A stretch of DNA of 61,211 nt, counting the filler, from Globobulimina sp. (Eukaryota): NCBI GenBank assembly GCA_003354225.1. It is 17 parts of 17 records of this genome, joined end to end, with 100 filler letters (N's around TTAATTAATTAA, not from the genome) between each part and the next. Parts side by side here need not be neighbours in the genome. Positions count along the whole stretch, not along the records: positions 43,291 to 46,795 come from PIVH01002640.1; positions 46,896 to 50,400 come from PIVH01002641.1; positions 50,501 to 54,004 come from PIVH01002642.1; positions 54,105 to 57,608 come from PIVH01002643.1; 13 more parts are not named here. The stretch is one strand, 5' to 3'. Position 1 is the stretch's first letter. Every line of letters starts with the position of its first letter. This document shows positions 46,214-57,708 of the stretch, in pieces. Below the pieces are notes generated by a model, which was not told the origin of the DNA, ran no database searches, and worked only from the letters and a program-made list of their open reading frames with translations. Both the position numbers and the translations under genes were made by a program.

Positions 46214-47318
46214 TGCACTAAGTCAGACAAGGAACAGACGCCCTTCGTTTGCAATTGAGTAATCATTGCAATGCATAGCTTTTGTTTGAGTGTCTCTGTC
46301 TCTGTCTCGTGTGTGTCTTCGCTGCCTTTTTTGCTCTTTTGTTTGGGGACATATAAAAAGTGCAAAGATTGGACCCATTTCTGCAAATCATTTCTGTGTT
46401 TACTGCGCTCCCAATCGTGAATGGATCGACGTTTATGTCTGTTCAGTGCGTGTGTATGTGTGTGTGCAAGGATGGAACAAATGCATTTTTGTTTAATTTT
46501 GAGAGTGTCAGACCTGACTGCTGTTTCGATTTGGATTTAATTGTTTGTTTTCTTATTTCCATTTTTGCGTGACTGCTTTTTCGACATTGATTGGACAATT
46601 GATTTGAGACTCTGATTTGTGTGTTTGTTTGTTTCGACAATGACCAATTCGAAGTTGAGTCACAACAAAACATACAAGAAAAAACTCAAACACAATGGCA
46701 ATAAAAGAACAAAAAAACTGAAAGTCATGGGCCAAACCTGCTGCTCAACAGAGGCACAAAAATCAAAACAACCAACAGAGGATGTCTGTTTTTGTNNNNN
46801 NNNNNNNNNNNNNNNNNNNNNNNNNNNNNNNNNNNNNNNTTAATTAATTAANNNNNNNNNNNNNNNNNNNNNNNNNNNNNNNNNNNNNNNNNNNNTGGCA
46901 GCAAATAATAATCACAGCCACTTTAATCATAATGTGGTGCCTCCACCGATTGCAAGTAATAATTACCATAATAATGATAATGACCATATGTACTGCGGAT
47001 GTATGGACAATTCAATTAATACTAACATTACAAATGCAAACATTGAGTGTGGTATTGATGATATTAATGATATTCATGAATCACCAATGAATTCTTCAAT
47101 TTTTACAAGCAGCACAGTGCGTACTTATAAATTGTAAAACTAAGAGATATATGTTGTGCATAGCACAGTCTATCTTTTATATATTTATTTTATTGTATAT
47201 TTATTTTATCAATGCATTGTATTGCTAAATTAGTAAATTTTGGTTATTAGTTTCATTTCAGATTTGCTCTCACAAACACATTATTGCTATCCTTGCACGT
47301 ACACAAACAGAAACGTTA

Positions 47319-48314
47319 TTGTCCGCGAACAAGAGTCAACCGATTGATAAATGGGGTTTTGAAGTTATTAGTAGTGTTGAAAACTTTTATATGATGTCAA
47401 CTCAAACGCGTTTTTCCAGATTGTCAGTTGGCAGCAGATTGTCAGCTATATTTAAACCCAAAACAAACACATGGAAATGTCCAATGTGCAACAATGAAAA
47501 TGACTTATTGGAGATAAATCAAAAAGGAGATAAAACCTGTCTTAACTGTGATTTCCCAGTTCCACCATCGCCGCATCATTCAATTTCAACCTCAAAACTT
47601 ACCAAATTACTGCGCAGAGAGAAACGCACTAATTATTCAGCTGTTGATCACAAACAAAATGAGTCCTTTCCATTTGCACAGCCAATTACAATGAATCTTA
47701 ATAACAATAATGATAATTCATTGAATATATTGCATATTAAATGGAACCAAAATATAATGCATATTAAATCATTAAATCATAATCAATTTTTATATATCAT
47801 TTATGTGATAATCGATAAAATGAATCAAGACATACAATCGAGAAAAAAAGAAAACAAACTGTTTCTAAATAAACAAGGAATTTTAACTTATTTTGATAAT
47901 ATTGTTATTGACGGAATTTCATTTCAATACATTCCAAAATCACAATTTATAAACAATATAATGGATATTATACTTATTAATACATCACATAATATATCAT
48001 TGTATCGAACTGGTTATAAATATGCTGATTATTTATACGAAAACATAAAAACGTTTGATTTGAGTTCAATAAAAATAACAAATACACAAATATCATTTGA
48101 GACACAATATAAATACTTTAACCCCAAAATAAAAAATAAATTGTCGTCCATTATTATCACAATTAATCAATTTAATAATACTCAATATTTAGAAAATAAA
48201 ACAGATGAAATTATAAAGCAATTAAATGAATGTAATGATAAAATATCGGATATATTGAGGTATTATAATATGTACAAAAAAAACCTATTTTATCAAATAA
48301 TATTTGTTACATAA
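47319..48314 (+). CDS. Eukaryotic protein with RanBP2-like zinc finger, 3' end disrupted
   Basis: TWKCPMCNNEN...CLNC. A probable intron at 48306-48390 leads to a further exon that runs into the bacterial segment. Confidence 0.65.
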   Translation: MSANKSQPIDKWGFEVISSVENFYMMSTQTRFSRLSVGSRLSAIFKPKTNTWKCPMCNNENDLLEINQKGDKTCLNCDFPVPPSPHHSISTSKLTKLLRREKRTNYSAVDHKQNESFPFAQPITMNLNNNNDNSLNILHIKWNQNIMHIKSLNHNQFLYIIYVIIDKMNQDIQSRKKENKLFLNKQGILTYFDNIVIDGISFQYIPKSQFINNIMDIILINTSHNISLYRTGYKYADYLYENIKTFDLSSIKITNTQISFETQYKYFNPKIKNKLSSIIITINQFNNTQYLENKTDEIIKQLNECNDKISDILRYYNMYKKNLFYQIIFVT

Positions 48315-48564
48315 GATAGGGTCTTTGTACATGTTATCTTGAGAAGTGTTTCCAAAATCGGCATTCTAAAAAAAAAACTTTGTTACTTAGGTAACAGCAA
48401 CAGTCGACATGTTCGCATCATTTTTTACTACGAACAAAGTTTCAATAATTTGGCTCAACAGATCCATACAATTCGTTGAACGCCAAATTATCGAAAGTTT
48501 GTAACTGCTAAGCAACGAATTAAATATTGACCTTAAAAATAAATTATGTTCATGGAAATACAGC

Positions 48565-49332
48565 ATCCAAACCATAGAAGAATTTTACAACCAATCGGTA
48601 TTTGACAGAATGAATAAACAGTTTGTTCTGAACGCTTTCGGTAAAGAGTTATATGAGCATTCTTTGAAACTGTTAAATATTTATGATCAGATCTGTGATC
48701 TGGACCCAGAATCAAAAATGCCTTCTGGGAAACTACGTATAGGAGCGCCTGAGTCCACCATCCAATATCGTCTATACTCCGTCCTAAAAAAATATAAAGA
48801 ACTATATCCTGATGTTTCTCTGATCATAAAAAATGCAGCCAGCAAGGAGCTGCGGCGTGCTCTCATTGACGGCACATTAGATGTTGCTCTATTGCTGGAA
48901 CAAGAAAATTCTATTTTAGATACCCATATAGAAAAATTAATTGAAGAGCCTATGAGTGTCGTCATACCTGTGGACTACCCGGGAAACAAGTTAATCCCTA
49001 ATCATGGTTACACTCTGCTTTATACTGAGAAGGGTTGCAATTACCGAACAATTTTCGAGCATTTACTTTCATCTCAAGGTATTGAAACGGATAACATTAT
49101 AGAAACAACCAATGTAGAAGTAATAAAACAATATGTCTGTTGTGGCATGGGGATATCCTTTCTACCAACAATTACAATCAAAAAAGAAGTAGAAGCCGGT
49201 CAATTACGCATTTTCCCATGGAATGATAAAAAACCCGTGAATTTACAAATAGCCCATCATAAAAACAAATGGTTATCACCTGCTATCCGAGAATTTATTA
49301 GGTTGACAAAAGAAGATTCTGAACAATGGTAA
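48565..49332 (+). pseudogene. Bacterial LysR-family regulator lacking most of its N-terminal HTH
   Basis: IQTIEE...VFDRMNK..LNAFGKELY, GKLRIGAPES, YPDVSL, LDVALL, GCNYR, EVIKQYVCCGMGISFLP and HKNKWLSPA. Confidence 0.88.
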
Positions 49333-49522
49333 CGGCGAAACCAGGATTTTTTTGAATACAATCAAATCAAAATGTAGTATAGGACCATGTAAAATAAGAG
49401 TGATACTTATGTCTATAATTAAACTGATTTGACTGGTGTTCCGAGAGAGCGTACTTGGAAAAGATTCACCCAGTTATTTTTCAATGGATCTGGTCACCTT
49501 TTATTATTGGACGGTCCGCAAA

Positions 49523-49945
49523 CTACTCCGTAAACCCTTTTTCTGACATTTTTTGAGCGCTTATGAAAAGTGCCATACCGGTTTTCATCTTTCTGAAATC
49601 ATTTTTAATATAGAAGCCTTCTTTACCAGGTGATGCGTATAAAATGATGTTGCATTCAGGTAAACGTTCCAGAATGTTCTCAAGAATTATGTTTCCCAAC
49701 CCCTTTTTTTGAAATTCAGGATTCACTGCTACATCATAAATGGCAGCTTGGTAAGCACCGTCCGAAATTGCCCTGCCAAAGCCTATAATACGATTGCCAT
49801 GCTAAAGGAAAACCGTAACATAACTATTTTCAAAAGCCTTTTTATGTAACTCGGGATCATGGTATCCCATTTCTACTTTTCTTAGGGTATCTGCGACAAG
49901 TTTCCAATCTACTTTTGAACAGCTTAGGTTAATTTTTAGATCCAT
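49523..49945 (-). pseudogene. Bacterial GNAT acetyltransferase with in-frame TAG at codon 48
   Basis: GGAGG RBS before the ATG at 49945. IIGFGRAISDGAYQAAIYDVAVNPEFQKKGLG and LYASPGKEGFY motifs. TAG at 49802-49804. Confidence 0.88.
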
Positions 49946-49987
49946 AACATTCCTCCATTTGAATAAAGATAACATTTTTTAATTTTA

Positions 49988-50400
49988 TTATTTCCAGTTG
50001 ATTAAAAAAATTCCCGTAATCATAGACAACACACCTACAAATTTGACAAAAGTAATTGACTTAACAGGCAAGTCAAACCAACCAAAGTGGCTGGCTATTA
50101 TAGCAATTAAAATTTGCCCAGTCAGTGCATAGGACATCATTGACCCCACACCCATTTTAGGAGTCAGGTAATAAAACATGGCAACCCCAAAGGCACTGAA
50201 TAATCCACCTGTGAACCATAAATAAATTGGTACAGATCGGACTGCTTCTGCCTGCGGATAGTGTTTGGTCGATGCAAGGACAGCGATCAAGGTGAAAATA
50301 GCACTACACGAAAAAAGCGACGGTCGTTCCAATTAGTGAATTTTTAAGCAATACGCCAAGTTGGGCGTGCATACAGACTTGGGTTGCTATAGCAGCTCCT
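49988..50400 (-). pseudogene. Bacterial DMT-family (YdcZ/DUF606-like) transporter, 5'-partial, +1 frameshift
   Basis: GAAIATQ..MHAQLG..LKNSL, VPIYLWFTGGLFSA and GQILIAIIASHFGWF. Frameshift in the A/T run at ~50311-50317. Confidence 0.85.
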
Positions 50401-50500
50401 NNNNNNNNNNNNNNNNNNNNNNNNNNNNNNNNNNNNNNNNNNNNTTAATTAATTAANNNNNNNNNNNNNNNNNNNNNNNNNNNNNNNNNNNNNNNNNNNN

Positions 50501-51834
50501 GAAATGATTACGAAAAAAGGTTATGGAAAAGCTGTGGATTGGTGGTCATTAGGGACATTAATGTTTGAAATGTGCACAGGTGATCCTCCCTTTCGATCCA
50601 AAAATGGTAAAGAATTGAATAAAAAAATCTTAACTGAACGTATTAAATTACCAAATTGGTTAACTTCCGAAGCGCATTCCTTATTACGTGGTCTATTAGA
50701 AAGAAATGTAGAAAAAAGATTAGATGCAAAACAAGCATTGACGCATAACTGGTTAATGGGCCATGCATCCAATGATGATTTGGGTGATAATTTAAAGAAA
50801 TATCAAACAAATTTCCACCATTCCAACATGTTGCAACGGTTATTGATCGATGCTATGTTTTCGGAGATGAGTGAGCTGAGAAAAAATTCTGTATTCAAAA
50901 GTTGACCGAATATAAAACAAAACAACAAAAAGATCAAAATAAAGCACGTCGAAACTCTTTAGTTTCAGAGTCACAGTTTATTGAATTTATGATTGCCAAT
51001 CACGTCGATGAGAATAAAGCCAAATTAGAGACGCAAAGACTTTTTAAGCATATATCATCCAACAAAAATTTACTGCAAAAGAAAAGTACTGACTCTGTTG
51101 AGACAGCAACCATTGACGCAGTGGATGTGGAAAGCTTATTGGAGCAATTAATGGAAAGCAATGCCTTTGAAATGTCCACCTCAAATATTGATGAATTTGG
51201 ATTTGAAAAAAGTCCGGAACCGGCACCAGATGTTTGTGACGAAAAGAAGGTGGAGGAGTTTGTTGCATTGAGTCCTATTGTTGGAATGTTGAAACCTAAT
51301 AAAAATATGAGATATAATGCGTTTACAAAAGTAAAGAGTATGAATAATATTGATAATCGCAATAAAGAACCTTCGATATTAAAAAAAAGATCGCAATCAC
51401 TGCGTTTGGATAAGCCTTCGATAAAAATAACAAATTGTAATTCACAGCTATCGATTGAGATATGTAGAACATTGAAAAAAAGGACTATTTCAACTAATAG
51501 CAGCACCACATCAAATACATTCAATACGAGTAATACAGATAGGACTGATAGGTCCGATGCCATTGCAATTGGTTTTGATGTGTTGGATGCTGACGATTTT
51601 GAGGAAGCTCTAACGTTTGGCAGATCTGATTCTGAGTCGATTTATAAGACATCGTTGGCGTTGAGTAGGAGTAAGCGATCAATCACGGTGCAACAATTTC
51701 GAAATTTGTTAAGCAAAGCACCAAAGATATTGGATATAGAGAGTGTTATTGATGATTTAGATCCGACTCATTCGGGAATTATTGATTTAAGGAATATTAC
51801 AAATTATTCAAGGGAAATTGAAATGGAGGACTGA
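50501..51834 (+). CDS. Ser/Thr protein kinase C-lobe with degenerate EF-hand-like tail, 5'-partial, frameshift ~50875-50900
   Basis: GYGKAVDWWSLGTLMFEMCTGDPPF, LLERNVEKRL and ALTHNWL. Terminal DLDPTHSGIID is EF-hand-like. Confidence 0.72.
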
Positions 51835-52313
51835 TAATTAATTAATTATGAAATGTTTGCATTATTTGATTTTGATGTTATAATATTAATAAAAATTGTA
51901 AAGTACAACATGTTCTTTCTGTGTCCTGTTTTCCTGAAATTCCAGTAGTTGGATATTCACGAAAATTTCAGCCGTTTTCCCTTGCGTGTCAACACAAACT
52001 TTATGTTTTGGTGATCGGATTAATCCTGTGGTCAGCGTCACTCAGCGAACAGAAAGTTCCATTTACAGTGCACTCTATGCAGATAAAAATTATTTGAAAT
52101 CTCTAATCGAGCTCGTTGATATGGTATTGGATGTATGGAAATCCGCTGATTAGATTTAACGATATATAATTTGTTCTGACTTTGTTCTGGATTCGCAAAG
52201 CGTTGGACTAGCTCGGAGATTCAGTAATTATCGGAGAGCCCTATTGCAAGGATTACCTAAGTAAAGAAATGAAACGAAATCTAATTAACTAACAACAAAA
52301 TAAATAAATTACA

Positions 52314-52895
52314 CTACAAAGTCGCACATAAACAAAGCCAAGATGGACAAAGTGGTGGATTGTGATTACAATTTCGTTCACACCAATCTCCAATACCAGG
52401 TATTTCTTGCAGTTTTCCGGTTCCAAAACAATATAAGTAACCATTTGATGCAGTTGTTGGTGATGCAGTTGTTGGTTCTGCTGTTGTTGGTGATGCAGTG
52501 GTTGGTGATGCAGTGGTTGGTGATGCAGTGGTTGGTGATGCAGTGGTTGGTGATGCAGTTGTTGGTGGAGGAACACAGTCACATCCACCTTTCATGCATA
52601 AATCATGTGGTGGTGTGTGTTCACAATTTGCCTTACACCAACCATCATTTAATGATGGTTGTGTTGCTCTCCAAGTACAAGGAGTTGGTAAAGAAACACA
52701 TTCACAATATGTTGAGATGCATAAAGCATGTTGTGTGGTGTCTTCACAATTTGTCTCACACCAAAAATCATCTCTCCAAAGTCCTCTCTGAGTTGCTATC
52801 CAAGTTCCAGCACAATGTCTACCTGGTATGTTGTTGCTTGTGTTTGCAGTGTTTGTGGTTATAAGTAAACCAAATGAAATAATAGCTTTGTTCAT
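52314..52895 (-). CDS. Secreted protein with three Cys-rich modules and a PTTAS mucin-like stalk
   Basis: Signal-peptide-like N-terminus. The WCxxNC...LC...CxC module occurs three times, with eight PTTAS/PTTAE units. Confidence 0.85.
   Translation of the reverse strand: MNKAIISFGLLITTNTANTSNNIPGRHCAGTWIATQRGLWRDDFWCETNCEDTTQHALCISTYCECVSLPTPCTWRATQPSLNDGWCKANCEHTPPHDLCMKGGCDCVPPPTTASPTTASPTTASPTTASPTTASPTTAEPTTASPTTASNGYLYCFGTGKLQEIPGIGDWCERNCNHNPPLCPSWLCLCATL
52446..52565 (-). repeat. 15-bp coding tandem repeat, 8 copies (PTTAS)
   Basis: tgatgcagt(g/t)gttgg repeated on the plus strand. Confidence 0.95.
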
Positions 52896-53121
52896 AATGT
52901 AGAGGTATTTTTTGCTTTACTTTGCTTTGTTTTATTTCTTGTACTCTGACTAGTCACTAGTGTAGATAGCTGCTAACGAGTTTAGTAGTTTAGATGCAAA
53001 TGCGGTGAATTAAAAGTATTAATAGGTGAATTATGTGATTATATCAGTATTAATTATGTGATTATATAGTAGGTGGCCGGAGCTTCTACTAAGTACTCTT
53101 AATTGCTTGTTGTTTTTCAAA

Positions 53122-53815
53122 ATGTGGAGAAACATGCTTCCACGTCCACTGATAGTATATAGCGGTTTAGTTGGAGCATTTATTTTGCCGCATGGACCAT
53201 CGTTGGTGGATAAAGAAATATCATCACAAAATAGAGATATTAAGAAAGTGATACAGTCCATGCATACTGCAGCTGATATCATTCAAAATGAGTTAAAACC
53301 AGATATAATATTATTGACTACACCGCATGGTATTAAATCCAGTGAGCATCATTCTATTTATTTGAATAAAACTGCATCAGGCACTGCGGAGTGGTATAAC
53401 AAATACAAAGACGTAGAAATTGATATTGCAATAAATATTAAAAAATCGGAAAATCTTTTAAATTGGATCAAATCATCACATTTGTTATCAGATGGCATTG
53501 GTGGAATTGGTGCATTTTATCCGGGATACCCATTGCCTTTAAAATGGGGAGAGGTCATACCTTTATATTTCATTAAGCAGTATTTATCAAATACTAACTG
53601 TCAATGTATTATATTATCAACAAGAGATTATATGAAAGAAAGCGAATTGAGTTCAATGAATCAAATAAATTGTGATCAAAAAGACAGAAAAGATTGTAAT
53701 GAATTGAGATTGTTAGGTGAAAATATATTAAATTGGATCGAGAATATTGATGAAAAAGTAGTTGTCATAGTGTCAGGGGATGGTGCTCATTCACATAAAT
53801 GTCAACAGGAACAAC
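53122..53815 (+). CDS. LigB/MEMO-like (class III extradiol dioxygenase fold) protein, 3'-truncated
   Basis: FILPHG, PDIILLTTPHG, LKWGEVIPL and VVIVSGDGAHSH motifs. It ends at the junction with duplicated sequence. Confidence 0.75.
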
Positions 53816-53958
53816 CATCCACCTTTCATGCATAAATCATGTGGTGGTGTGTGTTCACAATTTGCCTTACACCAACCATCATTTAATGATGGTTGTGTTG
53901 CTCTCCAAGTACAAGGAGTGGTAAAGAAGCAGTTGTTGGTGATGCAGTTGTTGGTGGA
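53816..53958 (+). repeat. Near-exact copy of 52582-52695 plus PTTAS-repeat piece
   Basis: Identical apart from a 1-nt deletion, followed by gcagttgttggtgatgcagttgttggtgga. Confidence 0.95.
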
Positions 53959-54621
53959 AATTATGAAAGGAAGAAGGAACTACACTGAGAAACTACACGA
54001 AGACNNNNNNNNNNNNNNNNNNNNNNNNNNNNNNNNNNNNNNNNNNNNTTAATTAATTAANNNNNNNNNNNNNNNNNNNNNNNNNNNNNNNNNNNNNNNN
54101 NNNNGTTGATGTCCATTGACATAATATGCGTTTATACGGACATTTTGGTTTTTGATTCATTTGATTTTGTGTATCAGCAACATTGTCTTTGCTATTTATT
54201 GTACATCAATGTAGAAATTATGTACTACAGATATCTAAGAGATAGATATTATTTTACTTTACTAACAGTGTCACTGTTTTTTGTTTTTTACGAGATATTG
54301 CATCAATGCTTGATAATGGCTGTAATTTACGTTTCTTTGATATTGCTTTTTTATATTTTTCAGTTGCTTCTAACATGTCAATAGAGAATGTATTGATTGC
54401 TCTCCATAATGATGCCCTATATTCTATGTGTGCTCTGTCAGCGCTTTGTGGAGTCATTGCTTGTATAATAAATCCTGCAGCCATTGCCATTTTGTTTTAG
54501 TGACGGTTTTATCCACTTCTTTGATACAAAAACCTCTACACTACTAACTAACTATCATCCCTTCCTGTTTTTATTCCAGTTTTGAAATCACCACAAGTAC
54601 CGTCACTTCATTCCACCAACA

Positions 54622-56132
54622 ATGGGAGTCTGTGCATCCAGCATTGATGTCGATAATGTGAAAGAATCGCAAGAAAAGCAAATCTTTGGTCAACAAGAAG
54701 ACGAAACTCAGCTCAACAAAGCAAAAAAAGTCATTGATGATTTGAACGCACAAATCTATAATTTAGAAAAAGAATTAACTGCATTACGACGACAAGTTTC
54801 AAAGGAAAAACTAAAAAAAGACGAAGAGACTGATAAATTTGATCGTGCGCAACGACTTATTTCTAAAATCGAAATCGAAAAAACCGAATTAAAACAGAAA
54901 ATGTTCGAAATGTCAGCAGTAAACGGCCAAACCTCGACAATTGTGCATGGTACAAAGCATTTCACCGCAAACCATGCAAACCTTGAAAACCATGGAAGAC
55001 ATTGTATTTTTGAACCAGACTATAAAGACACTTTCGGCAAATTACAGAGTCCAATAAATATTATTTCATCCACCTGTTCAGCCGCAGCCACTACGAAAAT
55101 TATGAAAAAAGAAGAATTTGAACGTAATCCATTACGCTTTAATTATCCATCAAAGGTAATATATATTAATTATATTTGTACGCGTACTTTGCTATAAATT
55201 TGCTGTAAATTCGCAACACAAAAAACAGGTAAAAAATTGTACGATATTAAATAATGGGCGTACGGTACAAGTTAATATTGACCCGTCTAATAACTGCACA
55301 TTGCATATCAATGACAGAGTATATGAATTGAAACAATTTCATTTCCACACTCCTTCCGAACATACCGTCGATTCCAAGCAATATGACATGGAAATGCATT
55401 TAGTTCATATTAACAGTGACAATGAAATTGCCGTATTAGGTATATTTATATTATATGTGTTATACTTTCGGACTTGCACTAAACACAAAATAAATAGGTT
55501 TTATATTTACTGTACGAGAATCACATAAAAAACCAAGATTACAATTAACGAAATCGAGGGCCCACTTAATATTAGCAACAGAGTCTGCGAATAATGGCAA
55601 TGTAGCTTTTGGTCATCGATTAGGCGATGCGTTGGATGCTGAGGACAGCGAAGAGAGCGATATGGAGACTGATGATGAATGGGAGGAGAAAGGCGATGAT
55701 AAGAAAGGGAATGATTTTTTGGCGCAATTTTGGAGTCAATTACCAACACACAAAACAGAGCAAGATATTTTATTAAAGAAAGCAATAAGTTTTGATTATT
55801 TATTTGAAACATCGAGCAATAATTTTACTAAAAATGTCAAAACGAATGCAATTGATATTGATATGGAAATATTTGAATATACGGGTTCATTAAGTTTAGT
55901 TTGTCTGTTTTTGTTTTTGTGTTTGTGCGAATGTGTTGTTTGTATATCAGCAACGCCTCCATTTACAGAGGGAGTGCAATGGTTAGTGTCGAAAACCAGA
56001 CATTTTATAAATAGTAAGCAATTGGAAAAATTAAGTTCGTGCTGGAATAATGAAAATAATGCAAGACCAGTTCAAGAGTATTTTGGTAGAACGGTTTCTT
56101 TGCGCTCAAAAAGTAGTTTACGTGTTGTATAA
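54622..56132 (+). CDS. Alpha-carbonic anhydrase with N-terminal coiled coil; introns 55156-55228, 55440-55497, 55894-55950
   Basis: QSPINI, NNGRTVQ, QFHFHTPSEH, EMHLVH, AVLG, YTGSLTTPP (after splicing), EGVQW and NNARPVQ. All three Zn-ligand His residues are present. Confidence 0.93.
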
Positions 56133-56426
56133 CATCATTTTTTTCACATTTTTTTTTTTTTAATATCATTTTTTCATTAGAATTTTTTCTCCTGTTAATT
56201 TATTACATTTTTTTTTTATTTGTCTTATTTTTTTCTTCTCAGTGTGCTTATTTTTAGAAAATTAATAATTTAGTTTAGTTGCAAAGTCATTTCATTTTAT
56301 ATTTTAAATCGAGGATTAGACATTTACACCGATTGAGCTACGTGGCATTTATGCAGCAAATATACACTACCAACTGTGTTCCGATCAGATTTGTTCGTTT
56401 TAGCGAACTGAAAGCGGTCACAGAAA

Positions 56427-57608
56427 ATGAACAATGCTGTCAGGAAAAGACGATCCCACTTATTAGTAAGTGGATTTGTTAGAAAAAGTAGCACTCCATA
56501 CATTCATTCTGATATTATTAGTATCATTCATGCATTCCATTATTATATTTTGTTGCTATTATATTCTATTGGTGACAATGGATATGGACAACAAGGTAAT
56601 GGAGGAAATGGAGACCTTGGAAAAATAACAAAAATAAAAACATTTAAAAAAGAAATAAAAAATATTGTTACTGGTGGTGATGCTGGTTATGGTGCAGCAG
56701 CATATATTTTATTTGATGATGGAACATATGAATGTTGCGGTAATAATAAAAAGGGTGTATTAGGTGTTGGCCATTATAATAATATTAATATATGGCATCA
56801 AGTAAAAGATATGAAAATTAAAAATATATTTGTAACACCAAATGGATCATCTCATTCATTTTGTATTTCAAATGAGAATAAATTATATGCGGTCGGAAGG
56901 AATAATACTAATCAATTTGGTATAAAGACAGATGAACTAAATAATAATAAATGGATACCAATTAATACTTCATTATCGATTAAAAAAATAGCACCAACAG
57001 TGCGATATACAACATTTTTAAGTTCAAATGGTAAAATATATGTTGCTGGTTATGATAATGGTTGTGGTGGTTTAGGATTAGGTAAAGATATTTTCTCATC
57101 ACCAAATATTCAACAAATTCAAATAAAAATAAAATTTAAGGATATATCTTGTGGAGGTTTTCATACCTTAGCACTTGATGACAATTATGGTGTTTGGTCG
57201 TGGGGATATGGTGGTTTAGGCAGATTGGGTCACGGAGATGCCAGTACTAGATATTCACCAACAAGAATACAATATTTTATTCAAAACAATATTAAAATTG
57301 CTAAAATATGTTGTGGTGAAGCACATAATCTATTATTATCATTGAATAAAAAAGTTTTGATCTTTTTGTGTTTTTTATACACAAATATATTTTAATAAAT
57401 AAATAAGGTATATTGTTTTGGAGGGAATTATTATTATCAATGTGGAAATGGTTCAACTGAAACTGTATATTTACCACAACCAAATGAAACATTAAAAAAA
57501 GAAACAAGTATTGATTTAAAATGCGGCGGAGATCATAATATTATTAAAACAGCGGATAACAAATATTATTTATGGGGATATAACAATTATAATCAATGTT
57601 TATATGTT
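56427..57608 (+). CDS. RCC1/BLIP-II repeat protein, 3'-partial, intron ~57352-57407
   Basis: GDNGYGQQG, GRNNTNQFG, ISCGGFHTLAL...VWSWGYGGLGRLGHG and ICCGEAHNL. Confidence 0.92.
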
Positions 57609-57708
57609 NNNNNNNNNNNNNNNNNNNNNNNNNNNNNNNNNNNNNNNNNNNNTTAATTAATTAANNNNNNNNNNNNNNNNNNNNNNNNNNNNNNNNNNNN
57701 NNNNNNNN

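Noticed and set aside
46728-46795. Start of an acylated protein (MGQTCCS...)
   Set aside because: Only about 20 codons precede the contig end, too little to call a gene.
52040-52220. Possible LINE C-terminal remnant (NFYLHRVHCKWNFL, minus strand)
   Set aside because: A single weak motif in a short stop-bounded frame is not enough support.
52289-52864. His/Gln-rich and VMQWL-repeat ORFs
   Set aside because: These are shadow frames of the 15-bp PTTAS repeat.
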